Assembly (NCBI GenBank): GCA_963845755.1
Contig: CAWJTV010000032.1
Location: 1-64,000, forward strand
Source: an uncultured Planctomycetota bacterium
Lineage (GTDB): Bacteria; Planctomycetota; Planctomycetia; Isosphaerales; Isosphaeraceae
Reading direction: 5' to 3'
DNA length: 64,000 nucleotides
The translations under genes and the position numbers were made by a program. The notes under the pieces were generated by a model that had not been told where the DNA came from, did no database searches, and was given only the letters and a program-made list of their open reading frames with translations. Of the stretch, positions 21,514 through 30,937 are shown in pieces (position 1 is the first letter of the stretch; every line of letters begins with the position of its first letter).

Positions 21514-21861
21514 ATGAAACTGATCATTGCCGTCATCCAGCCCACGAAGCTCGAGGCCGTCAAGGAGGCGCTGTCGCAGGTGGAGGTGTTCCGCTTGACG
21601 GTGATGGACGTCCAGGGCTTCGGGCGGCAGAAGGGGGCGGCCGAGGTGTATCGCGGGCACGAGGTGACTGTCAACGTGCTCCGCCGGATCGAGCTTCAGA
21701 TCGCGGTCAACGAGGACTTCGTCGAGCCGACGATTAGCGCGATCCTCAAGGCAAGCCGCAGCGGCCCGGAAGGCATGATCGGCGACGGCATGATCGCCGT
21801 GCTCCCGCTTGCCGATTGCGTACGAATTCGGACCGGCGAACGTGGCCCGGAGGCGATTTGA
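21514..21861 (+). CDS. P-II family nitrogen regulator (GlnB/GlnK-like)
   Basis: MKLIIAVIQPTKLEAVKEAL, GFGRQKG, IGDG, RIRTGERGPEAI. Confidence 0.93.
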   Translation: MKLIIAVIQPTKLEAVKEALSQVEVFRLTVMDVQGFGRQKGAAEVYRGHEVTVNVLRRIELQIAVNEDFVEPTISAILKASRSGPEGMIGDGMIAVLPLADCVRIRTGERGPEAI

Positions 21862-22286
21862 TGGGCCGGCGCGGTGGTGCGATGCCTCACAAGCATTCCC
21901 AGCACGAGCTCAAACGCCTCATCGAGCGAGCTGTGGCGGACATCTGCGTTATGCCCCGCCCAGGCCTCTATTTCTGTGTCGATGAGGTCGCGGTCCACGG
22001 CCGGCCTCTTGAGCGGCTCGAGGTCTGGGCGACGCTCCACTTCCTGCCCGAAGGCTCGCCCTTCTGCTGCGGTGAGTCCGGGTGCCATCTCGGCCTGCGC
22101 TCTGGCGACTACACCCGAAGGGTCAGCGACCATGTCCGCCGCGCGATGCACCTCCGGCAGGATCTCACCGTAGACTTCGGAGACCGGATCAGGGCCAATT
22201 ATCATCCGGGCGTTTCATTCCACCATGGTCGAGCCGACGTCTCAGAGTGCGCTGCCTTGGCTCCAGCCCGCGGCGGCAGCGTTTAG
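21861..22286 (+). CDS. Hypothetical protein with a Cys cluster
   Basis: TGATG overlap with the P-II stop codon; contains PFCCGESGCHLG. Confidence 0.45.
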   Translation: MGRRGGAMPHKHSQHELKRLIERAVADICVMPRPGLYFCVDEVAVHGRPLERLEVWATLHFLPEGSPFCCGESGCHLGLRSGDYTRRVSDHVRRAMHLRQDLTVDFGDRIRANYHPGVSFHHGRADVSECAALAPARGGSV

Positions 22287-22348
22287 TATGATCAGGGCGG
22301 GTTGTTCGGTGGGTCGGGCCTCGAATCCGAGGTGATGGGGGTAAGTGG

Positions 22349-23062
22349 ATGGGTATCGGTGCGGTGATCTTCGACTTCAATGGGGTGCTGGTCAACGACG
22401 AGTCGGTGCACTTCGCGTTGTTCCAGGAGGTGCTGGCCCAGGAGGGGGTGGCGATTACGGAGCGGGACTACCACGAACGTTACCTCGGCTACGATGACCG
22501 GGGCTGTTTCGAGGCGGCCCTGCGGGATGGCGGCCAGTCGGCTGACCGTCCACGGCTCGACGAGCTGATCGCCCGCAAGGCCCGTCGGTACGTCCAGGTC
22601 GCCGAGAAAGGCCTACGCTTCTTCCCCGAGGCGGCCGAGACCCTGCGCACCGTCGCGTCGCGCTGGCCCGTGGCCATCAACTCGGGAGCCCTGCGTCCCG
22701 AGATCGAATATTCCCTGCGTCGGATGGGATGCCTCGAGATGGTCTCCGCGATCATCTCGGCTGAGGACACCGACAAGTGCAAGCCCGACCCGGAGGGCTA
22801 TCGGCTGGCCCTGGCCGCGTTGCAGGCTCGTCACGGATCGCTCGACGCGGGACCCGGGCCAGGGGAGCTCTCCGCCTCGGACTGCCTGGTGATCGAGGAC
22901 AGCCTGGCCGGGATCGTTTCGGCCAAAGGGGCCGGGATGTGGGCCGTCGGCGTGGCCACCACCTATGACGCCGACCAGCTCCGCGAGGCCGGGGCCGATG
23001 CCGTCATCGAGGCGCTCGTGGTGGCCACCCCCGAGTGGATCGAGCAGCGGTTCTGCCAATAG
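22349..23062 (+). CDS. HAD-superfamily phosphatase (beta-PGM-like)
   Basis: IFDFNGVLVND, NSGA, KPDPEGY, VIEDSLAGI. Confidence 0.9.
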   Translation: MGIGAVIFDFNGVLVNDESVHFALFQEVLAQEGVAITERDYHERYLGYDDRGCFEAALRDGGQSADRPRLDELIARKARRYVQVAEKGLRFFPEAAETLRTVASRWPVAINSGALRPEIEYSLRRMGCLEMVSAIISAEDTDKCKPDPEGYRLALAALQARHGSLDAGPGPGELSASDCLVIEDSLAGIVSAKGAGMWAVGVATTYDADQLREAGADAVIEALVVATPEWIEQRFCQ

Positions 23063-23164
23063 AGCGGCTTGCATTCGGGTTGCACACGGCTTCGTGGGGT
23101 GCCCGGTGAGCACCAATTCCCGTGGTTCGTCCTTTCCGATGCTCACGGAGCACCCTGCTGAGAG

Positions 23165-24367
23165 TCAGCTCAGGAACCGCATCTCGACGATCGAGAAGTC
23201 ATCGACGAACTCTTCGCGGCCCTGGATCGCCCGGTCGTGGGCGATGAGTCGGTCCATCATGGCGCCGTCGTCGGCCTCGTGGGGACCCGGTTTCATGAAC
23301 GCGACGAACTGGTCGAACGGCCACATGGTCTTGTCGGTCTTCTCGATCTCGTAGACGCCGTCGCTGTAGAGGTACAGCTTGGCGAAGGCGTCGAGGGAGA
23401 CGCTGCCTCCCCGGTACGGGATGTCGGGGACCGCGCCGATCATCGGGCCGTTCGAATCGAGGGTCTCCAGCGCGGCCCGGTCGGCCGACGGCCCGTTCAC
23501 GAGCAGGACAGGGGGGTGTCCGCCTCCGGCGTAGTCGAGCCGCCGGGTCGGCTTGTGATAGACCCCGTACCAGATGGTGAAGAACAGGCCGTTCTGCTGG
23601 TCCATCTGGAAGGCGTTGTTGAGCGCCGCCAGCACCTCGCTGGGCGCGCGGAAATCGGTCTGGGGCAGGGCCTGCGAACGCAGGGCGTTCATCGCCGAGA
23701 CCGAGAGCAACGCCGAGCCGACCCCGTGGCCGCTGACGTCCAGGAGGAAGAAGGCGAAATGCTCGTCGTCGAGCCAGTAATATCCGAACGAATCGCCCCC
23801 CAACTCGGCCGAGGGGACGTATCGCCAGTCGGTCCGGATCTCGCCCTTCTTGAGCTTCTCGGGCAGGAGCGAGCGCACGTAACGCGCGGCCTGGTTCATC
23901 TCGTTGGCCAGCCGCTGCTCGCTCTCCTGGAGCCGGACGTAGGCCTCGTTGCGCTGGAGCAGGTTGATGTAACCCTTGGAGTGGTATCGGATCCGCGCCA
24001 GGAGCTCGAGCCGGTCGGGGAGCTTGACGATGTAATCATTGGCCCCCAGCGCGAAGGCCTCGGCCTTGACCGTCGGCTCCTCCTTGGTGGAGAGCACGAT
24101 CATCGGGGTCTCGCGGGTCGGCTCGTTGCCCCGGAACGTCTTCACCAGGGTCAGGCCGTCGATCTCGGGCATGACCAGGTCCTGGAGAATGACCGTGGGC
24201 TTGACCCGGTCCGCCTCGTCGAGCGCCTTGGCGGCGTCGCGGCAGTAATGAAAGACGACATCCGGCTCGCCGGCCAGCATCCGGCGCACGGCCTCGCCGA
24301 TCATCGGCTGATCGTCGATCAGCAAGACGGTGACCTTGTGCTGGGTCAGGATCGGTTCGCTGCTCAT
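23165..24367 (-). CDS. WspR-like receiver domain fused to a PP2C/SpoIIE (RsbU-type) phosphatase
   Basis: LLIDDQPMIGEAVRR...KPTVILQDLVMP...LSTKEEPTVK...ANDYIVKLPD, then GGDSF, LDVSGHGVGSAL, YSDGVYE, DDFSIV. Confidence 0.9.
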   Translation of the reverse strand: MSSEPILTQHKVTVLLIDDQPMIGEAVRRMLAGEPDVVFHYCRDAAKALDEADRVKPTVILQDLVMPEIDGLTLVKTFRGNEPTRETPMIVLSTKEEPTVKAEAFALGANDYIVKLPDRLELLARIRYHSKGYINLLQRNEAYVRLQESEQRLANEMNQAARYVRSLLPEKLKKGEIRTDWRYVPSAELGGDSFGYYWLDDEHFAFFLLDVSGHGVGSALLSVSAMNALRSQALPQTDFRAPSEVLAALNNAFQMDQQNGLFFTIWYGVYHKPTRRLDYAGGGHPPVLLVNGPSADRAALETLDSNGPMIGAVPDIPYRGGSVSLDAFAKLYLYSDGVYEIEKTDKTMWPFDQFVAFMKPGPHEADDGAMMDRLIAHDRAIQGREEFVDDFSIVEMRFLS

Positions 24368-24394
24368 GCTTCACCAGTCTTCAGTTTTCAGTTT

Positions 24395-25466
24395 TCAGTA
24401 AGCGTAACCGCGCACGCCGCTGCCTCCTACCAACGAACGACTGCCTACCAGACGGATCATCGCCTCGGCGATCTGGCTAACGTGCAAGACTTCTTCGGCG
24501 GCGCCGATCTCGATGGCGGCCTTGGGCATGCCCCAGACCACGCTGGAAGACTCATCCTGGGCGATGGTCCGCCAGCCCAGGTCGCGGAGGGCCAGCAGAC
24601 CCTTGGCGCCGTCGTGGAACATGCCGGTCAGGAGCGCGGCGACGCCCGGCCGGGGCCAGTTCTGGGCGACGCTCTGAAAGAACACGTCCACCGAAGGGCG
24701 GTAATTAGCCGACCGGGGCTCGGGTGAATAGTGGAGGCGCCGGTCCTCGCCCAGGACGAGGTGATCGTCGGTGACGGAGAGCAGCACCTCACCGGCGACG
24801 GGCCGGTGCCCTTCCGCGATCAGGGTGACCGGCCGGCGCGATTGCTCGGCGAGCCACTGCCCCAGCCCGGGCGCGAACGCTGCATCCACGTGCTGGACGA
24901 TGATGAGCCCGGCCTCGAGCCGCGCGGGGAGTCTCCCCAGGATCTCGGCCAGCGCCTGCGGGCCGCCGGTCGAGGCGCCCAGCACCACCAGGGGTTCCAG
25001 CGTCGGCTCGACCGGGACCGGCGGCGCGCGAACGATCCCCGCCGCGACAATCCCGCGCCGGCCTCTCCGACTTCCCGATCAGGCGGCCGATCAGATCGAT
25101 CTTGTGCAGCAGCACGGCGGCCCCGCCGACTTCCCCGCGGGCGCCGAGTGTCGGGGTATCGATGGCGTCGAGCGCACCGTAGCCCATCGCCTGATACACC
25201 TTGGTCAGATGGCCGCTCACCGTCGCCGTGACCACGAGGATGGCGCACGGCGACTCCCCCATGATCCGCCGCGTCGCCTCGACCCCGTCGATCCCAGGCA
25301 TGACCAGGTCCATCAGGATCAGGTCCGGGCGAATCTCCCGCGCCAGTGCGATCGCCTGGCCGCCCTCGTTCGCCGTCCAGGCCACCTCGTGCTCCGACGA
25401 CGAGAGGACCACGCGGCGCAACGCCTCGCGGGCCAGCACGGTGTCGTTCACGATCCCGATTCTCAT
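24395..25466 (-). CDS. cheB: CheB/WspF-type REC-methylesterase (frameshift ~25050)
   Basis: MRIGIVND...MDLVMPGIDGVEATRRIM; GASTGGP, IVQHVD, RPSVDVFF, LLTGM, AQDESSSVVWGMP. Confidence 0.88.
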
Positions 25467-25614
25467 GGCCGTCGGCTTCGACTCCACCCGCGCGATTGGA
25501 AGTGGACAAGAGGGACGCGCGCATCCCTCACCCGACCTTCAAGGCGACCCCACCGCGGCCATTGTACCACGCGGTCCGAGAATACCGAGAGGGATGGTCC
25601 AGCCCGAGCGCGAC

Positions 25615-26067
25615 TCATCGATTCGCCGGATTCCCTTCGATCGCCACGGCGTCTCGGACGATCCTCTCCCGCCAATGTTCGGGATCGCTCTCGATCTCAT
25701 CCATGAATCGCCGCGCGATGGGACTGGGAGGCCGTGTCCCTTGCTCCCACGACCTTACGGTATTGGCGTTGACGCCGAGGAACCGGGCGAAGAGGACCTG
25801 GCTCATTCCCAGCAAGTTGCGGACCCGCCGCACGTCGTCCGGCCCGTAGTCGCGCGGAGTGAAATCGACCTTGTAAGTGCGTACCGTGAAATGACGCTTT
25901 AAAGGTTCCCTCGTCCGCATCAGGGAGATGGCCTCCTCGAGCGCGCGAACAATCTTCGCCCCCGCTGCTGACAGCTTCCCCGTGGACGGGGGGGAAGACG
26001 CCCGCTTGGACGATCGCTTCCGGTGATCGATGGCTTCCTTCGATGTCTTATCGGCCGGCTTTCCCAT
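25615..26067 (-). CDS. HigA-like XRE-HTH antitoxin
   Basis: VRRVRNLLGMSQVLFARFLGVNANTVRSWEQGTRPP; lies downstream of the toxin gene. Confidence 0.85.
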   Translation of the reverse strand: MGKPADKTSKEAIDHRKRSSKRASSPPSTGKLSAAGAKIVRALEEAISLMRTREPLKRHFTVRTYKVDFTPRDYGPDDVRRVRNLLGMSQVLFARFLGVNANTVRSWEQGTRPPSPIARRFMDEIESDPEHWRERIVRDAVAIEGNPANR

Positions 26068-26485
26068 TGCTCCCTCCACCCTTGCGGTTAACCTCGGATC
26101 TCTGCCCTCGACGGAATTCCGACTCCAGTTCGATTCGATAGCTCTCGATCATCCGGGCGATGACCCGGCAGTCCGCCTTGGTCAAGTTGTCCTTCTCGGT
26201 CTTGCCGAAGATCACGACCAGCGCAATGGTCCCGAATTCGGGAAAGACCACATAGCAGACTCGATGAGATCCTCTCTTGCCTCGTCCCGATCCCGGACCG
26301 GAAAAACGGATCTTCCGCAGACCACCGGTCCCCTGGACAACCGGTGCCCCGACTGGATCTTTCATGATCTCCAGTTCCAGGAGGCGCAAGGCCGCATCAT
26401 TCAAGCCGAGACGTTCCCATTCCCGTGTGAATGCGGGAAACCGGACGAATCGCGGCCAATCCTCGGGCCGGAAGGATTCTGCGAT
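26048..26485 (-). CDS. HigB/RelE-like toxin; apparent ATC start
   Basis: VQGTGGLRKIRF...GKRGSHRVCY...IFGKTEKDNLT. The frame extends upstream to AGGAGG-CGGC-ATC at 26485. Confidence 0.8.
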   Translation of the reverse strand: MAESFRPEDWPRFVRFPAFTREWERLGLNDAALRLLELEIMKDPVGAPVVQGTGGLRKIRFSGPGSGRGKRGSHRVCYVVFPEFGTIALVVIFGKTEKDNLTKADCRVIARMIESYRIELESEFRRGQRSEVNRKGGGSNGKAGR

Positions 26486-26715
26486 GCCGCCTCCTACGAT
26501 GCACCACTTGATCCCGTAAGATCGTCCGAATTATACCACCCAGTGGCAGAAAGGGAAGTTGTCGGACCTCGATGGCTTCTGGCCGCGTACTGATCACCGA
26601 ATTGAAGAAAAGGCTCCGAGGCTCCTGGCATCCAACCTCCAAGGCTGGCATGATGCTCGAACGATCGACGTCAGAGTGCCTCAGGAATCAAGACGACGCA
26701 GCGAAAGGAGCGAAC

Positions 26716-28032
26716 ATGGCACGGCGATTGTTGGCGGTGATGTTGTGTCTGTCGGTTTTGATCGGCTCGGCCTGGGCACAAGGCCCGGCCGGGCGGGGCG
26801 GACGTCGTGCGAGGGCCGTCGCGTCGCGTCCGATCGTGCTCAAGCCGGCGCGGGTGTTCGACGGGGTGAACCTCGACGTTCATGACGGCTGGGCGGTCGT
26901 CGTCCGTGGCGATCGGATCGAGACCGCCGGGCCGGCTGGCGAGGTGAAGGTCCCCGAGGGGGCCAGGGTCATCGACCTGCCCGGCATGACACTCCTCCCG
27001 GGCCTGATCGACCTGCACACGCACGTCCTGCTCCATCCGTACGATGAGGCCCTCTGGGATGACCAGGTCTTGAAGGAGGCGCTGGCGCTGCGGGTCTGCC
27101 GCGCGACCAACCACTTGAAGAGCACGTTGCTCTCCGGGTTCACGACGATCCGCGACCTCGGGACCGAAGGGGCCGGTTATGCCGACGTCGGGCTGAAGCA
27201 GGCGGTGGAGCAGGGGATCGTCCCCGGCCCGCGGATGCTGGTGGTCACCCGGGCGATTGTGGCCACCGGCAGCTACGCGCCCAAGGGGTTCGCTCCCGAG
27301 TGGCACATCCCACAGGGGGCCGAGGAGGCCGACGGCGTGGATTCCTTGATCCGGGTCGTCCGCGACCAGATTGGTCGAGGTGCCGACTGGATCAAGGTCT
27401 ATGCCGACACGGCGATGGGCGGCGCGGCGGTCCGACCGTCGTTCTCGCTGGAAGAGTTGAAGCGGATCGTCGAGACGGCGGGCTCGGTCGGCATCAAGGT
27501 CACGGCCCATGCGACGTCGAAGGAGGGGATGCGCCGCGCGACACAGGCGGGCGTCGCGACCATCGAGCACGGCGACGGCGGCGATGACGAGGTCTTCAAG
27601 CTGATGGCCGAGCGCGGTGTCGTGCTCTGCCCGACCCTGGCCGCCTTCGAAGCCTCGGCGAAGCACCGCGGCTATCGTCCGGGCACCGACCCCGAGCCGC
27701 CCCGACTGAGGCGTGCGCGGGAGACCTTCAAGAAAGCCCTCGCCGCGGGCGTCACGATCGCCAACGGCAGCGACATGGGCGTCTTCGCCCACGGCGATGG
27801 CGCACGCGAGATCGAGCTCCTGGTCGACTACGGCATGAAGCCGGCGGAGGCCCTCCGCGCAGCGACCTCGGTGGCCGCCAAGGCCATCGCGTTCGACAAC
27901 CGCCTCGGCGCCATCAAGCCGGGGCTCCTGGCCGACCTCGCCGCCGTCGAGGGCGACCCGACCCGCGACATCAAGGCCCTCCGGCAAGTTAAGCTCGTCA
28001 TGAAAGGCGGAGAACTCTATAGAGAGCCGTGA
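26716..28032 (+). CDS. Secreted metal-dependent amidohydrolase (Xaa-Pro dipeptidase-like)
   Basis: RBS AAAGGAG, signal peptide, PGLIDLHTH, GADWIK, TAHA, TIEHG, NGSD, GLLADL. Confidence 0.92.
   Translation: MARRLLAVMLCLSVLIGSAWAQGPAGRGGRRARAVASRPIVLKPARVFDGVNLDVHDGWAVVVRGDRIETAGPAGEVKVPEGARVIDLPGMTLLPGLIDLHTHVLLHPYDEALWDDQVLKEALALRVCRATNHLKSTLLSGFTTIRDLGTEGAGYADVGLKQAVEQGIVPGPRMLVVTRAIVATGSYAPKGFAPEWHIPQGAEEADGVDSLIRVVRDQIGRGADWIKVYADTAMGGAAVRPSFSLEELKRIVETAGSVGIKVTAHATSKEGMRRATQAGVATIEHGDGGDDEVFKLMAERGVVLCPTLAAFEASAKHRGYRPGTDPEPPRLRRARETFKKALAAGVTIANGSDMGVFAHGDGAREIELLVDYGMKPAEALRAATSVAAKAIAFDNRLGAIKPGLLADLAAVEGDPTRDIKALRQVKLVMKGGELYREP
27907..28032 (+). repeat. 126-bp direct repeat (attL-like), the functional 3' end of the amidohydrolase
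   Basis: Matches 34344-34469 without gaps; 62-bp identical core at 27928-27989. Confidence 0.95.
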
Positions 28033-28080
28033 AGCCAGATCGTTCGCGATCCACGCATCAGATTCGGACAACGTCCATCA

Positions 28081-28777
28081 TCATTGGACTTCCAGATTCC
28101 TCCGCACCCAAGCTGCAACAGAGAGGAGGAAAGCAAGCGGGTTAGGGTCGCCAATGGCCAGCCTGAGGTCGTTTTCCCCGGGCTCCTCCAAGCCGCGAGA
28201 CCGTTCGACGGAGGAGGCTTTTGGGTGGGAGTTGAAGTGCAGGTGTGACGACGGATGCGCGGGGTTGTGTCCGAGGGTTCGCCTCCAATCTCGCAGCCAG
28301 TCCTCGCGCGGCGGTTTGCCCGCCTCACGCGCGTTGACTTCCCATCTCAAGTTGAACAAGCCAAACCTGCCCTCGTGCAGATCAAAGTCAAGGCTGATGC
28401 GACCTTTCATGATCTCGACGAGTGGAATCGTATCGCCTGGCGCGTAATGGGCGACAAACCTTGTCCAACTCGGGACACAGGTTCGGCCATTCAATGGGGC
28501 GCATCTGCAACAGGATCTCGGCCCGGCCTCCGCCTGAGACCTGGAGCGGCACCGTGGCGTTTTCGATACTTGACGATCCCGGCTTGAAATAGTGCTCCGC
28601 CGTATCATCCGAAACTCCAGCGACGAGGACAGCCCAGCGTGAGGCATCCTTCTCCGCTTTTTCAGTCCAATCGAACAGCGACTTATTCGGGACATCGCGC
28701 TTGAAGATTTGAGCCACGTCGAGACATCGCTCGAAAACCTTGATCATATGGCTGAGGCGATAATCGGAGGACGACAC
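28081..28777 (-). CDS. Hypothetical protein with HPxSHLH motif (DUF2290-like; frameshift ~28455)
   Basis: Joins ORFs 28388..28777 and 28081..28695; C-terminal LRWE...HNPAHPSSHLHFN...DLRL...PNPLAFLLSV. Confidence 0.55.
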
Positions 28778-28783
28778 GGGGCG

Positions 28784-29395
28784 TCAACCTTCGTCAGAGG
28801 AGGGAAGGGGCGCCCAATCCGCAAGCTCCTCGGCGGTGGGCGCTCTCCCGGGGAGTTGGCGCAAGATGCTCTCAAACGGTTCGGGCAGGGCTTTCTGGAG
28901 TTTTTCAAAAGTCTCCCTCGAGCACACCATCATCATCCGAGAGGCATCAGAGATTCTCGGGCCGATGAACGAAGCCAGGTCGGGCGCATTGCGCCGGAAG
29001 TCCATGAAATCGGCATTGCGAACGACCATCAGCGTACCTCTCGGCTCCGACAAGGGGCGGCGCCACCCATTGAGACGGGGCCCGACCTGTATACTGACAG
29101 CCTGTTGGAGGAATAAGATCCAAAGCGGATGAGGAGGTGGAGGCGAGTCGTCGATCTGGTCTGGCATTCCTTCCTGTTCGACCTGAACGCGGAGTCTTCC
29201 TTGTATCATGTCATTCAGCTCTTTGATTCGTGTCACCTCGTTTGAGATCAACAGTGGTTGGGTGGGCATCTCGCCGAGAGCGGCGATGGTGATCAACAGG
29301 ACGCGATACAAGTCATCCATATCGTCCCAGAGCAAGGCGTGAACGCCGTGCCCTTCCTCATGCAACGAGAAAGCGAGTTGTTCGACGAGCGCCAT
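28784..29395 (-). CDS. Hypothetical protein, possibly a degenerate P-loop/ATPase partner
   Basis: 203 aa; LNGWRRPL...FRRNAPDLASF motif; starts 1 nt after the ATPase stop codon. Confidence 0.6.
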   Translation of the reverse strand: MALVEQLAFSLHEEGHGVHALLWDDMDDLYRVLLITIAALGEMPTQPLLISNEVTRIKELNDMIQGRLRVQVEQEGMPDQIDDSPPPPHPLWILFLQQAVSIQVGPRLNGWRRPLSEPRGTLMVVRNADFMDFRRNAPDLASFIGPRISDASRMMMVCSRETFEKLQKALPEPFESILRQLPGRAPTAEELADWAPLPSSDEG

Positions 29396-29396
29396 G

Positions 29397-30738
29397 TCAG
29401 GCCGTGGCTCCTAACCTCTGAAAGCGGTACTGCCCGAGGGTCGTCCGAGCGAGCGGGTGGACACGCAGGCTCGGCTTATCAGCATCACGGTGCGGCTCGC
29501 TGACTAATAACCCGATCGGGGATCTCAAGAGTAATGCGGCCTTCGCCAAACCGGTCCCCGATCGATCAATCTCATCGAGCGATTGGAGTTCTTCCTCGCC
29601 ATAATCCAGGTACGCCTGCCTGGCATCGAAAACAACGGAGTGGGCTTCTCCCAATTCGATCCGGTCGTGTTCCGCGAGATGGGCCTCCTGGGCGGCCTCG
29701 GCCAAGAATTGGACAAACATCCTCAGAATGCCGCCGCTGTAATGGGCGAGCCACCTCAGAGCATCCTCCGAAACCAGTTCCCTGAGCGCGGCACTCTTGG
29801 CGATGGACCGATAGATCTCGGGAATCGGCCCTTCAATCGGATCGGGTATCTCCAACGGGTACAGGATCAGCGGCCGACCCCAGCGCGACTCGACAGAAGT
29901 CCTCGTCGGACCGATGGTGTATTCAAAAGGGGCGGTCATGACAACGGACGCCTCAAGACGGCTCCATTGTGGTGAGACGCCCACAAGGACATCCTCGGCG
30001 GCGTAGGAGTCTCGGATCTTATCGACGTGGTCGATGATCAGAAGTGGAGGACGGTTCTGATCGTTCCGGGCGAACCACTTCAACAGCTTATTTAGGAGTA
30101 CCACGAGGGCATCGGGCGCGCAGCGCGAATCGCTGGGACGGCTCCGCGACCGACTCGTGGAGCGCGGCTTTGCCGAGGATGATTCCCAAGGCCCTCGACC
30201 TGTCGGAAAGCGAAATCGGAAAATCCATACCGCCGAATGTGAAAACAACTTGTGAGCCATCGCCCGCGGAGATGCCGCGCAGCCAATCCACTAACCGTGT
30301 CAAAATCTCATCGCGAATCCTGTCGAGAGCAGCTTGCTGGAGCTGAGGACCGCGCGGGAAAATCTGTGTAGATGCCCAACAATCGCGCAGGATGGTCAGG
30401 AACAGCCCTGTCGAGCCGCAACGCTCGGGACTCTCCTCTTTTTCGAGGTCGCAAAATACCGGGAATCCCAGGTCAGCCGCGTTGTATCGCTCTTCGCGGA
30501 AATCCCAGAGCTCCGACGACTTGCCAACGCCGATCTGCCCCGTCACAAGTATTCTTGCCTTCCCCATGCGACTCTCGACGCCAAGGAGGAGTCGCTTCCT
30601 GAACTCTCCGCCGCGTTCCTGATAGAGTGTCCGCGCAGGATCGCCTTCCTTGGGAAGACGACGTTCGGCACGCCGCTCGGCGTTGAGCCGACCCAAGACG
30701 CTTCGGAGGATCTGAATATCGCGCAAGGACGCGGGCAT
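29397..30738 (-). CDS. P-loop (STAND/AAA-like) ATPase (frameshift ~30120)
   Basis: Walker A GQIGVGKS, Walker B LLIIDHVD, SGGILR, C-terminal VHPL. Confidence 0.8.
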
Positions 30739-30937
30739 GACTGCTCCGAGAGACTTCGAAGTTCGAGGGTGACCGATCACACTAGGAAGACCGTAACTGC
30801 GACTTTGCTTCTTTACGTATGATACCAACCACCCTTCCCGGCAACGAGCCGAGGTTACACAAGCTGGTCAGGCTCCTGGGAAGTGCGGGGAGCTTGAGCG
30901 GGAGCCATGAGCCGCATCGACCGCCGCGCCCGTCTCC

